DNA from: a virus
Virus record (IMG/VR): IMGVR_UViG_3300021963_000074
Location: 1 to 64,000 of that record
Reading direction: 5' to 3' (one strand)
DNA: 64,000 nucleotides
Shown: piece by piece, positions 1 through 8,645 of the stretch
Layout of the letters: each line of letters begins with the position of its first letter
Numbering within the stretch: the first letter of the stretch is position 1
The notes under the pieces: generated by a model
Databases searched by the model: none
Seen by the model: only the letters and a program-made list of their open reading frames with translations
What the model was told of the DNA's origin: nothing
Made by a program: the position numbers and the translations under genes

Positions 1-1
1 T

Positions 2-388
2 ACCATGAAAAGTTACTGAACGAACTTTTTCTTCAATAACACTTTGAGCCATGAAACGATAATCATTAACAAAATCACCACTTACTGTTTCAAAGTGAAT
101 GCTACTCAGTGCGTTAGGATCATCACGTGTACCTTTAACTACATTGATTTTAGCCTTCTCGTCATATTCATCAAAACTAAGAATAGTTTTAAGTTTACCT
201 AGATTAGGCATACCAACCACGCCGATAAACTCTGGATGCGGATTCTTAAATGTTCCACTTAGAATAACACTCTTATCTTCTGCAATAGCATTGATAGTTG
301 TTTCAGTATCAGTACCAGTTATTTTAACTAGTTCAATAAATCCCAATGCACTAGTATGTGCAATAATATCTTGTAAAATGTCTTTCAT
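2..388 (-). CDS. gp45: DNA polymerase sliding clamp (gp45-like), 3' end outside the window
   Basis: Not in the ORF track. Read manually from ATG at 388 (MKDILQDIIAHTSALGFIELVKITG...) with SD AAAGGAAAG; open to the window edge; directly downstream of the family-B polymerase. Confidence 0.65.
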   Translation of the reverse strand, partial: MKDILQDIIAHTSALGFIELVKITGTDTETTINAIAEDKSVILSGTFKNPHPEFIGVVGMPNLGKLKTILSFDEYDEKAKINVVKGTRDDPNALSSIHFETVSGDFVNDYRFMAQSVIEEKVRSVTFHG

Positions 389-434
389 TTCTTTCCTTTG
401 TATGTATAACACTATTTAGGTGTTCTATCTGTGC

Positions 435-463
435 ATTATAATGGAATATAATACACAAGTCAA
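435..463 (-). promoter_or_regulatory. sigma70-type promoter
   Basis: TTGACT-N17-TATAAT on the minus strand upstream of the clamp gene. Confidence 0.75.
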
Positions 464-470
464 CACTAAT

Positions 471-3188
471 TTAACCGAATGAGAATAAGTCATCAAATGT
501 TGATTTAACATCTGTACTATCTCGTATATCCCAACCCAAGACACCTAGTAAATTTTCAATCTTTTCGTCTACCAGTGTCTTTTCCATTTCTTCATCGTCA
601 AATGGTAGTTCAGTAAACCATTGTGGTAATCGTAGTTCATCTGTAGGGTATGCTATGCTTGTGAAACCTAATGGATTTGATTTCAATTTACAAACAATCA
701 CTTTCATACCATCAACAATTTTCATGCTATAATTATCTGAATTAACTTTGCGTAGATAATTGTAGTTCAATGAACCTCTAACGTGACCGGGCATATTAGC
801 ACGACCAGTGGTACTCTTAGCTTCTAGATCACCGTACATTGTTAGTTTGTTAACACCTTTTGGTGAGCCTTTAGTCCAGCTATCCTGTTTAGTTAGTACT
901 CGTTTAAATTCTTTGATTTTATCAACTACTTCTGCACGACCTTTACCTTGTTGGATAACCATTTCTAGTACACCCATTAAGAATTCTTGTATATATTTAG
1001 GAGTATCTGCTCGTTTCAAATCAAGACCCATAGCCTTAACATCACCTGCTTTGCCATCTTTATCTTTACGCTTGCCCTCTTTATCAAAGATATTGATAGC
1101 ATAGCGTTTCTTTGTAATAAAGATAGCACGGTCACCAATCAGTTCACGACCAGCTTTAATGATTGCACCATTCTTGCGAGGTGCATGAAATGCTTTCTCC
1201 ATGAATGCTGGAAAACTCTCATTCGCTTGGTCAGCAATATTATCATATAATGAAATGCACAATTCTTTGTCCCATTGTAATTCACCATTCTGTATTTGTG
1301 TTTGTAACACAGGGTAAGCACTGAAATAACAACTGTCAGTATCACCATACACAATTGCTTGTCCTTCGTGATTATACTCACCTGTAACACATTCATTAAT
1401 TTGGCTCATCATATGACGGACAATCTGACGGCCGCTTAGTGTAACACTTTGACCGATACGCTTGTCATAGAAACGACAATGCTCGTTCAACAGTGCGCCA
1501 TATGCAGAGTTAAGCAAAATCTTGCGTACCAGTTGTCGCTTATCCCAATACTCCCTGTCAGCTTGGGTCGTTGCTTCTTTTAGTTTCTTCTGCATTTCCT
1601 TACGATCACTATACCAACGAGTTAGCAATCCAGGTACAACACCCTCTTTCTCGTATGTAAAGATTGTACCGTTTGCACTAAGCATCCAGGGCTTATGACT
1701 ATCAAAGATTAGTTTCCATATCTCTGCCGCACTCATTTCCTCACTACGACCATCTTCATAATCAAGTGTGAGCATAGTACCCCGTTCTTGATTCATAATT
1801 GCAGTGTACTCTAATGCGCCAAATAGATTTTCCCACAGAATACTGCCAGTAACTGCATCATCGCCCTCTTTGTGGCGTTTCTTTTCTGATGCAAGTCTTT
1901 GACCTTTATCCGTCATGTATTTGTCAGTTAGTGTTTGTCTGACTTGACCAATGATGGTTTCGCCTGCCATGTTGATGGCTCTAATAACCGAGGGGTAGAG
2001 CGAGTTGATATCAACTGCTCCGACGTATTCGTGCATACCTTTTTTGGGCGTAGCAACATAGGCACCTGCCGCTTGTTGGACATCTTCTGCATTTTCTTTC
2101 CTTCGTTTTTTATCCGGGACAACTAAACCTCGTTCATGCGCTTCATTAAAAATTGCCATTTCAATCATAGCTACAGAACCCATTACTGTTGGCAGTAATA
2201 CTGTATTCTCATGTGCCAACTGATTAGCTAATTCTAAGAATTTTAATTTGTTATGAATCTTAACCAGCAACATAGTATCTTGACGGTTATACTCTAAGAA
2301 CTTTTCCCAGTCCTTGTTGTACAATTGGTCAAGTGTACCTTCGTATTGTGTTTTGTTTTCACCAACTTCCATTTCACCAATAGCATCTAGTTTATAGCTA
2401 TGGCGACTTTCATAGTTGTATTTCTTGTAAAGTTGAAGATAGTCCATATGAATACGACCAATCAAGTCGTAAGTCATTTCTGACTTACCGAATCGTTCAT
2501 ACTCTCTTGGCTTGGGTAGTTGACCCATTAAACAGAATTTGCGGGTATCGTCTTTACTCATTACACGGGTGACACGATTAACCATATATGGTATATCATA
2601 TCCTTCTGAATTCCAACCAGTTAACACATCAGCATCTTCAATCAATTCAAAGAATGTATCAAACATTTCCTTTTCACTTTTGAAAAGCAATGTGTTCTCA
2701 AACTTACGTGTGATTTCCCATGCTGTTTCATCACTCATGTGTTTGGGTGCAATACACAATGTTATCAATGTGTCTTGCCAATCCAAATACATACTGATTG
2801 CAGTTACTGGATTGAATGGATCGCTAGTAGGGCTGAAACCCTTCTCTGGATCAAAGTCTACTTCAATGTCAAAGAAACAAGTATGAAGTTTAGGTGCATC
2901 AACACCCAAATAGTTTTCGCTTAGACAACGAAATACTGGATTGATATCACTTTCAAAAAGTTCTTTCCCACTAAGTATTCTACGTTCTTTTTCAAATTCT
3001 TGACGCTTGCGTGTACTGAATCTAGATACAGGATTACCATAGATACTACGATGCTTACCTTTTGGATCAGGATAATAGAGAACATAGTTGGCAGGATATT
3101 CAGTGTAATGACGCTTACCGTCAGTACCTCGTTCAACTACATAAATTCTATCTTCATCCCGACTGTGTATCGCATCCACATAGGACAT
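471..3188 (-). CDS. gp43: Family B DNA polymerase (T4 gp43-like)
   Basis: Exonuclease FFDIEVD and GWNSEGYD; polymerase motifs DINSLYPS, KILLNSAYG, YGDTDS, KKRY; no intein apparent. Confidence 0.97.
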   Translation of the reverse strand: MSYVDAIHSRDEDRIYVVERGTDGKRHYTEYPANYVLYYPDPKGKHRSIYGNPVSRFSTRKRQEFEKERRILSGKELFESDINPVFRCLSENYLGVDAPKLHTCFFDIEVDFDPEKGFSPTSDPFNPVTAISMYLDWQDTLITLCIAPKHMSDETAWEITRKFENTLLFKSEKEMFDTFFELIEDADVLTGWNSEGYDIPYMVNRVTRVMSKDDTRKFCLMGQLPKPREYERFGKSEMTYDLIGRIHMDYLQLYKKYNYESRHSYKLDAIGEMEVGENKTQYEGTLDQLYNKDWEKFLEYNRQDTMLLVKIHNKLKFLELANQLAHENTVLLPTVMGSVAMIEMAIFNEAHERGLVVPDKKRRKENAEDVQQAAGAYVATPKKGMHEYVGAVDINSLYPSVIRAINMAGETIIGQVRQTLTDKYMTDKGQRLASEKKRHKEGDDAVTGSILWENLFGALEYTAIMNQERGTMLTLDYEDGRSEEMSAAEIWKLIFDSHKPWMLSANGTIFTYEKEGVVPGLLTRWYSDRKEMQKKLKEATTQADREYWDKRQLVRKILLNSAYGALLNEHCRFYDKRIGQSVTLSGRQIVRHMMSQINECVTGEYNHEGQAIVYGDTDSCYFSAYPVLQTQIQNGELQWDKELCISLYDNIADQANESFPAFMEKAFHAPRKNGAIIKAGRELIGDRAIFITKKRYAINIFDKEGKRKDKDGKAGDVKAMGLDLKRADTPKYIQEFLMGVLEMVIQQGKGRAEVVDKIKEFKRVLTKQDSWTKGSPKGVNKLTMYGDLEAKSTTGRANMPGHVRGSLNYNYLRKVNSDNYSMKIVDGMKVIVCKLKSNPLGFTSIAYPTDELRLPQWFTELPFDDEEMEKTLVDEKIENLLGVLGWDIRDSTDVKSTFDDLFSFG

Positions 3189-3799
3189 TATTGTTTACTC
3201 CTACAATTATCACCGTGCCAACGAGTATGATTTGGTTTATCAATCGTCTTGTCACAATGAATACATGTCATTTTTATATTGGTTGGATTATTCATTAAAA
3301 ATTGGTTTCTTCTACTTTCTGTTTGTTTTGTTAACCCTTCAGGAGTATAATTTAATTTTTTACCTCTTCTGTTGAGATCCGCTTGTGTTCTTTTCTCGGT
3401 CCAATTTTTAGTTTTACCTCTAGTCGAATCACCGACTTTTTTAGCAGTAATGAGATTTTTCATTGGGTTTTTATCACCCTTCAAATCTTCTCTCGGACCT
3501 CCCTTAAGAAAATGATGCGTACCGTTTTCTATTCTTTTTTTAGCGGCCATGCTATTAAGTTTTGATATTTCTTCTGTGGTTTTATTCAACCTTAAACCTA
3601 TAAGTACACACGCATTCCAGTCTTCTTGCAAAGAATGGATATTATAGTGTTCTTGGATAGTAACCAATTGTAAATTAGAAATTTCATTGTTATTATGATT
3701 TCCATCAATATGATGTACTTCATAAGACCTACCGTCTAGGTCTTTTGGTATAGGACCGTTAACGGATTCCCAGACTAATCTGTGTTTTCTTGAACTCAT
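3188..3799 (-). CDS. HNH homing endonuclease with C-terminal zinc finger
   Basis: YEVHHIDGNHNNNEISNL...EHYNIH; C-terminal CIHC...HTRWHGDNC. Start moved to ATG 3799 (MSSRKH, SD GGAG) because a late promoter lies at 3877-3884. Confidence 0.85.
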   Translation of the reverse strand: MSSRKHRLVWESVNGPIPKDLDGRSYEVHHIDGNHNNNEISNLQLVTIQEHYNIHSLQEDWNACVLIGLRLNKTTEEISKLNSMAAKKRIENGTHHFLKGGPREDLKGDKNPMKNLITAKKVGDSTRGKTKNWTEKRTQADLNRRGKKLNYTPEGLTKQTESRRNQFLMNNPTNIKMTCIHCDKTIDKPNHTRWHGDNCRSKQ

Positions 3800-3806
3800 T
3801 TTGATA

Positions 3807-3872
3807 CTCCGAATAGTAATAGATGGGCTATCTGTGATTCGGCACAGAAAGGTAATTACTCCTGTTCGCCCT
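3807..3872 (-). promoter_or_regulatory. Structured 5' leader (putative double pseudoknot) of the HNH gene
   Basis: Five complementary pairings (see finding), one of which covers the SD. Confidence 0.55.
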
Positions 3873-3897
3873 ATATTATTTATCAGAGGTAACACCA

Positions 3898-4161
3898 TTA
3901 TATTGTTTTACCCACTGTTTCCAAAATAGTGTTGAGTTGTTCGTGTTCTTGATTTGATTGTGTTAGGCTCGCTTTATGGGCCACTCTGATTGCTTTCTTA
4001 AGTACACTAGGTTTAACTTCTAGTTCTTCTGCAATTGCTTTGATAGTGTCTGTAAGACCACCATTTAATGTGTCAATTTCGTGCATTACTGCCATACCCT
4101 CATTGACAAGTTGGGTAAGTTTAATCTTCTGATCGCCGTTGAATGTTTTCACATCACTCAT
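3898..4161 (-). CDS. Small helical dsDNA-binding protein (T4 DsbA/GapR-like)
   Basis: 87 aa helical protein with IKAIAEELEVKPSVLKKAIRVAHK pattern; SD AAGGAG. Confidence 0.55.
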   Translation of the reverse strand: MSDVKTFNGDQKIKLTQLVNEGMAVMHEIDTLNGGLTDTIKAIAEELEVKPSVLKKAIRVAHKASLTQSNQEHEQLNTILETVGKTI

Positions 4162-4184
4162 AAATACTCCTTGAGAAAGTACTT

Positions 4185-4212
4185 ATTATACATGAAATCG
4201 TAAAGAAGTCAA
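4185..4212 (-). promoter_or_regulatory. sigma70-type promoter
   Basis: TTGACT-N16-TATAAT upstream of the dsbA-like/HNH/polymerase genes. Confidence 0.65.
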
Positions 4213-4235
4213 ACTTTTTGTGTAAAGATTTACCC

Positions 4236-5525
4236 TTATCTTGCGTAACTTACTTGTCCTTGTCTGCTAATAGAAATATGTTCTGCTACCCACTCAGCAA
4301 CACCATGGTCTTCATCATTTCTACTACGCCACCCATAATTTTTCCAATAAGGATTAAAATATTTTTTTATATGATGAGCCATTATCAGACCTAAATTGTA
4401 ATAAGTTACAGGTTCATCCGACTCATTTGTATCATTCATTATATCAATAGCAATTTCTTTCATCTGTGATGGTGTTACTGCTAATGCACTTTTTATATCA
4501 ACCAAAAATCTTCTAGCATCATCATTATAATCAAAGTAGTCATTAATTTTAGGATTATCATGTATGACTTCCCAGATTTCGTCATCATCCATTTCATCAT
4601 TAATGATACCCATTTTTTTAGCGGTGTCTAATTGCCAGTCTTTAAAATAACTGTCATTGTCTTCCCAATCACTTGCCATTTGATAAACATGATCCATTGT
4701 TAAATCACGAATTTGTAAACCCATTGATGCTAATAAAGCATCATCTGTAAAAGGAACCAACTCTTTAACTTCAGGTTCTTTTGTAATGAAGTATTTGTAA
4801 AGGTCAGGGAATCTTTCAGTTAACAATTCGTATAAATTAATTGGGTCATCCTGTTCATCCATGAATTGGTCTGAACCAAAATGTAATTGATATTTTTCAC
4901 CATCATAGCTAGGTTGGGTAGGTAACAAAATATACAATGGTCTTTCTTTACTACTGTATCTACTAAAATAATTTGTTCCTTTTGTGGCTGCTGTACACCA
5001 ACGAGTACCTTGACCATAATAACAAGCAGCTTGTTCATTTTCTGGTATAACAACTCTTACATCATTATCTCTATAAACTTCTACTGCTTGCCCTTTATCT
5101 TTTAGTGGCTCTGCTGGAGGCTCATAGTTATTCATTATTGTGTAGAACTGAGGATAGGTCAACCGCATGATATCCTTAGCATCAGCACGAAAATCATTAC
5201 GCTTTTTATATTTGTCATAATCTGCTAACAATGGACCTAACACATGTGCATCTTCTAAACGTTTGATGTTTTGTTTAGCATACTCACGTGCTAACCATGG
5301 AACATATATTTTATTTTTAGTTGGATCTGCTTCTTCTAAGTTACGTAATACTTCTGCAAGTATTGCTTCTGTATTTGGTTGACCATCAGGAAATACAAAT
5401 GTTGTATTATAGAATTGATACTGTTGTTTGTCTCCGCCTGTTGCAAAGGCATTTATCAACTGCGGACCTACCATCTGTGCAGTTTTGGCTCTATTGTATT
5501 CAATTAAAAACTCACAGGCTCTCAT
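4236..5525 (-). CDS. Putative internal virion protein with PcfJ-like (YGxGTxWC) domain
   Basis: N-terminus MRACEFLIE; central AACYYGQGTRWCTAA...PLYIL...KYQLHF...FMD motif typical of large-phage proteins. Confidence 0.5.
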   Translation of the reverse strand: MRACEFLIEYNRAKTAQMVGPQLINAFATGGDKQQYQFYNTTFVFPDGQPNTEAILAEVLRNLEEADPTKNKIYVPWLAREYAKQNIKRLEDAHVLGPLLADYDKYKKRNDFRADAKDIMRLTYPQFYTIMNNYEPPAEPLKDKGQAVEVYRDNDVRVVIPENEQAACYYGQGTRWCTAATKGTNYFSRYSSKERPLYILLPTQPSYDGEKYQLHFGSDQFMDEQDDPINLYELLTERFPDLYKYFITKEPEVKELVPFTDDALLASMGLQIRDLTMDHVYQMASDWEDNDSYFKDWQLDTAKKMGIINDEMDDDEIWEVIHDNPKINDYFDYNDDARRFLVDIKSALAVTPSQMKEIAIDIMNDTNESDEPVTYYNLGLIMAHHIKKYFNPYWKNYGWRSRNDEDHGVAEWVAEHISISRQGQVSYAR

Positions 5526-5526
5526 T

Positions 5527-5970
5527 TTATTTTTCAGGTACTAGGTGCTGTGCATCACCCTTTTCATTCCATTTATGCCACATTTGTTTACCCATTTGAC
5601 TTTGATAAGGACTTGGTTTAATGTCATTCCCTAACATTTTAGCATAAGCATACATTGTACTTGCTACCCCTTTACTACGATATTTTTCTTCAACTTGTGT
5701 CTCGTCACTTTGAAGCCATTGTTGATTATCTTCTTCAGTATGAAGTACAAATACGGCCTGGCCTATATACTGTTTACCTACTGGTTGTCTTGGGTCGTAT
5801 GCACTTATTACTAATCCAGGTATATCACCTAATGCTAAGTAATGTTCTGCTTTATAGATGTATGGACCTATACGAACCTCATGCTCCCAACTTGGTCCAG
5901 AACTAGTATCATTAGGATCACCTAATGTTTCTGGATTAACCACCTCTGATACAAATTCTTTTGCTCTCAT
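5527..5970 (-). CDS. GNAT-family acetyltransferase with CTS-like leader
   Basis: MRAKEFVSE leader; GNAT motif A VEEKYRSKGVASTMY followed by QSQMGKQMW. Confidence 0.7.
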   Translation of the reverse strand: MRAKEFVSEVVNPETLGDPNDTSSGPSWEHEVRIGPYIYKAEHYLALGDIPGLVISAYDPRQPVGKQYIGQAVFVLHTEEDNQQWLQSDETQVEEKYRSKGVASTMYAYAKMLGNDIKPSPYQSQMGKQMWHKWNEKGDAQHLVPEK

Positions 5971-8483
5971 TGAAATATATCTGAATGTTCTTTACCGTAT
6001 ATTTTTATATACTTGCCTGCCATCATATCTGCTAGTGCTTCAATAGGACTTCCAGGATAGCTATCACCGTGCTTAATCATACCAAGTTGGTCTTGTCTAT
6101 GATGTACTAACTCATGGAATATAGTACGGAATATATCAACTAAATTTCTATTCTCAATATATACCCAAATTCTATCTCCAGTGTGCATTCCAGTGCGATG
6201 ACCTTTTTGTGCCTGTTCTGTATCTCTACTCAATGTAAATTTAGGATATGGCTTTTCTATATTCAATGTTATCATCGACCATTTAATAAAATTTTTAATT
6301 TTTTGCACATCATCTTTTTGTTCAATAGATTCACGTAAATGACTATTCGTGCCTGCTGCCCAACCCTTAAAGTCATATGCATCATCTCTTGGTAGTAGAA
6401 CAGACTGGCCCGTTTTATTGGTGAGTAAGACGTTATCAACTTCCTCATCATGATCAATATTCCAACCACGTTGTTGTAGTTGTGCCGTGATAAATTGTAA
6501 TTGATTTCTAGTACCAGAACCATATCCTTTTGGATCTAGTACGGCTGCTGAACCTCCATCTTCCATGTCAGCCCAGAACCAATCGTTAGCTAATTTCAAT
6601 ACATCTTTGGGTAACTTCTTCCAAGTAATACCGGCTGGTTTTTTAGCAATTGGCACAACGTTCTGACTAGTTGTGCGTTGTGTTACTTGTTTTTTCTTTT
6701 GTAATGGACTTACGTTAGGTTTAGTAGGTTGTTGCTTGTTGGGGAATTGCAACACTTCACCTTCTTTCATTCTCTCTTTTTTTTTAGCAATAGCAATAGC
6801 AGCTTGCATTGCAGGATTCTTTGCCTCAGCAATTTTTTGTTCAGCAATCATTGTTAATTGTTGTAATTCTTCAATAGATTCACAGTTCCATCTACGCAAT
6901 GCTTTGTTGATTGGGCTATCTGGATCTCGCTTAGTCTTGACACTAGCATTATGTTTCTTCATTCCACCCATTCTAGCACAGAAACTTTTACGACGGCTGG
7001 CAGCTTTACTGCCCTTCTTTAATTTACTTGGCTTAGTTGTTACAGCAGTCTTTAACTTACTACCTGGATTCTCTCTACGATATGCTTTAACTGCTTTGCC
7101 ACTCATGCCATCAGTCTTGTCACTCTTGTTGACTTTCTGCCAATCTTCCGCCACACCTTGCGTTTGTGTTGCTTTTGTAAATTGATTGGGTCTTACCATA
7201 TCTAATCTACGAGGATCATTCATTATAGAAGGATCTTTCATCAGTTCGCTTTTAGGATTAACCCAAAACCCAACCATTGTTCCTTTTAAAGGCAATGCAC
7301 CTTTTGGAACAACTACTGCTTCTTCAAATTCTCCACCTGCTTTTGCAGTAGGTTCGGCGTTTTTTGCCTTGGCCTTTGCAATATTTCTTGCCATTGGATC
7401 TGTGTTCTGTGATCTTGCCACTCCATTTTTTGTAAGATATGGATTGAATGCTAGTCCTTTGATATTTGTACTTTGACTTGTACCTAATGTTTTGAAATTA
7501 CTTTCAACTGCATTACGATCTAGTACTAATATTGCATCTCTACCAATGCTTACCATTTGTGTTTGTGCGTTAACACCATTAGCATAACCCCAATCTCTGG
7601 TTACACTTACTGTAGGCAGTTTGGTTTGCGCTGAGGTTGCTGCCTGTGGTGCTCTTGCTGATCGAATACTACCCGACGATAACATTCCTTTAAGACCACT
7701 CGCACTTGTAGCGTGATATAGATAGTTACCGCCTACTGCCTCATCTAAACCTTCCGCCACACCTTGCTCAACGCTTTCACTTTTGTATGTGGCCCCAGTG
7801 CATACCCAAGCAGGGCCTGTGTATCCTTGAGGGAATGCCTTCAAATGTTGAATAGTTCTGTGCCAACCTTCAATCAAATCATACCCGTTTGATAATTTAG
7901 CAACAATAATAGGTTCAGCACTTACGCCTTTTTGCTGAATCATTTGTGATTGTTGTGCATGTCTTTCGGCATCTCTTGGAACTTGAAAAGGATTAGAACT
8001 ACCACCTTCACGACTAGCAAGCATACGCTGAGTCTTTGGTGTAAAGATATCAAATGTTATAGGCAGTTTAGTCAGTGTCCATTTACAATTACCAAAGTCT
8101 TGTTTATTTCTTTTGAGAAAATCATCTAACTCTGCTTGGTCACGGATGCCCTTGGCTTGTGGATATAAGAAGTCTTTCAATACATAATCAGGCCAAGTAG
8201 GAAACTGTTGCTTCACAAAAGCAAATAAACTATTTCTAGCTTCTGACAAATCTTCCGCCACACCTTCTTCACCTAGCTTTTCTTTGTATTTTTTTATCCA
8301 GGTGTCTGGCGTATGACCGTATTTGCTCACAAATAAGTCATGTAATTTTTTGCCGGTGATCTTGTAACGCTTACTGATGCGTTGCATTAAATTGTCAATA
8401 GTACTGTAGTCTATTTTGCGTAGGCTAGGTAATTTCTTTTTTAATTCATCGACTGCGGATTCGTAAAGTAGTTCTGCTCTCAT
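5967..8483 (-). CDS. Modular polyprotein: ParB-like + ART-like + RRKSFCARM domain + zincin, joined by GVAE/x-x-E linkers
   Basis: PIIV..YDLIEGWHR (ParB/Srx-like); YLYHAT..VSVTR..EFEE (ART-like); RRKSFCARM..ALRRWNC (DUF6321-like); IFHELVH..IEALA (HExxH zincin); three GVAE repeats. Confidence 0.7.
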   Translation of the reverse strand: MRAELLYESAVDELKKKLPSLRKIDYSTIDNLMQRISKRYKITGKKLHDLFVSKYGHTPDTWIKKYKEKLGEEGVAEDLSEARNSLFAFVKQQFPTWPDYVLKDFLYPQAKGIRDQAELDDFLKRNKQDFGNCKWTLTKLPITFDIFTPKTQRMLASREGGSSNPFQVPRDAERHAQQSQMIQQKGVSAEPIIVAKLSNGYDLIEGWHRTIQHLKAFPQGYTGPAWVCTGATYKSESVEQGVAEGLDEAVGGNYLYHATSASGLKGMLSSGSIRSARAPQAATSAQTKLPTVSVTRDWGYANGVNAQTQMVSIGRDAILVLDRNAVESNFKTLGTSQSTNIKGLAFNPYLTKNGVARSQNTDPMARNIAKAKAKNAEPTAKAGGEFEEAVVVPKGALPLKGTMVGFWVNPKSELMKDPSIMNDPRRLDMVRPNQFTKATQTQGVAEDWQKVNKSDKTDGMSGKAVKAYRRENPGSKLKTAVTTKPSKLKKGSKAASRRKSFCARMGGMKKHNASVKTKRDPDSPINKALRRWNCESIEELQQLTMIAEQKIAEAKNPAMQAAIAIAKKKERMKEGEVLQFPNKQQPTKPNVSPLQKKKQVTQRTTSQNVVPIAKKPAGITWKKLPKDVLKLANDWFWADMEDGGSAAVLDPKGYGSGTRNQLQFITAQLQQRGWNIDHDEEVDNVLLTNKTGQSVLLPRDDAYDFKGWAAGTNSHLRESIEQKDDVQKIKNFIKWSMITLNIEKPYPKFTLSRDTEQAQKGHRTGMHTGDRIWVYIENRNLVDIFRTIFHELVHHRQDQLGMIKHGDSYPGSPIEALADMMAGKYIKIYGKEHSDIFQ
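7147..7159 (-). repeat. 13-bp junction repeat AAGGTGTGGCGGA, copy 1
   Basis: + strand TCCGCCACACCTT; encodes QGVAE. Confidence 0.95.
7753..7765 (-). repeat. 13-bp junction repeat, copy 2
   Basis: + strand TCCGCCACACCTT; encodes QGVAE. Confidence 0.95.
8254..8266 (-). repeat. 13-bp junction repeat, copy 3
   Basis: + strand TCCGCCACACCTT; encodes EGVAE. Confidence 0.95.
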
Positions 8484-8489
8484 AGTATA

Positions 8490-8498
8490 GTATTTATG
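8490..8498 (-). promoter_or_regulatory. T4-type late promoter
   Basis: CATAAATAC a few nt upstream of ATG 8483. Confidence 0.7.
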
Positions 8499-8570
8499 CT
8501 CACTTTGATGAATTGGGTAGCGAATCCTATCATGCAGCCAGCAGCCGGCTACTCGGTCCTAAGGCGAGTT
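8498..8570. ncRNA. Candidate structured RNA (three adjacent hairpins)
   Basis: GC-rich intergenic island with stems at 8508-8533, 8536-8550 and 8551-8569. Confidence 0.35.
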
Positions 8571-8642
8571 CTATACAGGGCTATATGGGTTCAAAGGTCT
8601 GTCCCATTCCCCTTCTTGTTCTGGATATACTGGATATTGCAT
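8571..8642 (-). CDS. Possible 23-aa peptide MQYPVYPEQEGEWDRPLNPYSPV
   Basis: ATG 3 nt after the upstream stop; below the ORF-track size cutoff. Confidence 0.35.
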   Translation of the reverse strand: MQYPVYPEQEGEWDRPLNPYSPV

Positions 8643-8645
8643 ATG

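Noticed and set aside
471-3188. Intein or intron in the DNA polymerase
   Set aside because: ORF is continuous, of normal length and has no splicing motifs.
3800-3898. N-terminal 33-codon extension of the HNH ORF (and similar extensions at 24593, 32903, 32999, 35902, 58529)
   Set aside because: Each overlaps a promoter, terminator or upstream gene; a downstream start has better SD or promoter context.
4293-4304. GVAE peptide near the C-terminus of 4236..5525 as another junction repeat
   Set aside because: Encoded GGT GTT GCT GAG, not the conserved DNA motif; used only as a negative control.
7147-7159. The repeat as an E. coli Chi site
   Set aside because: It is G-rich but does not contain GCTGGTGG, and it is confined to in-frame domain junctions rather than dispersed; a Chi-like role in another host cannot be excluded.
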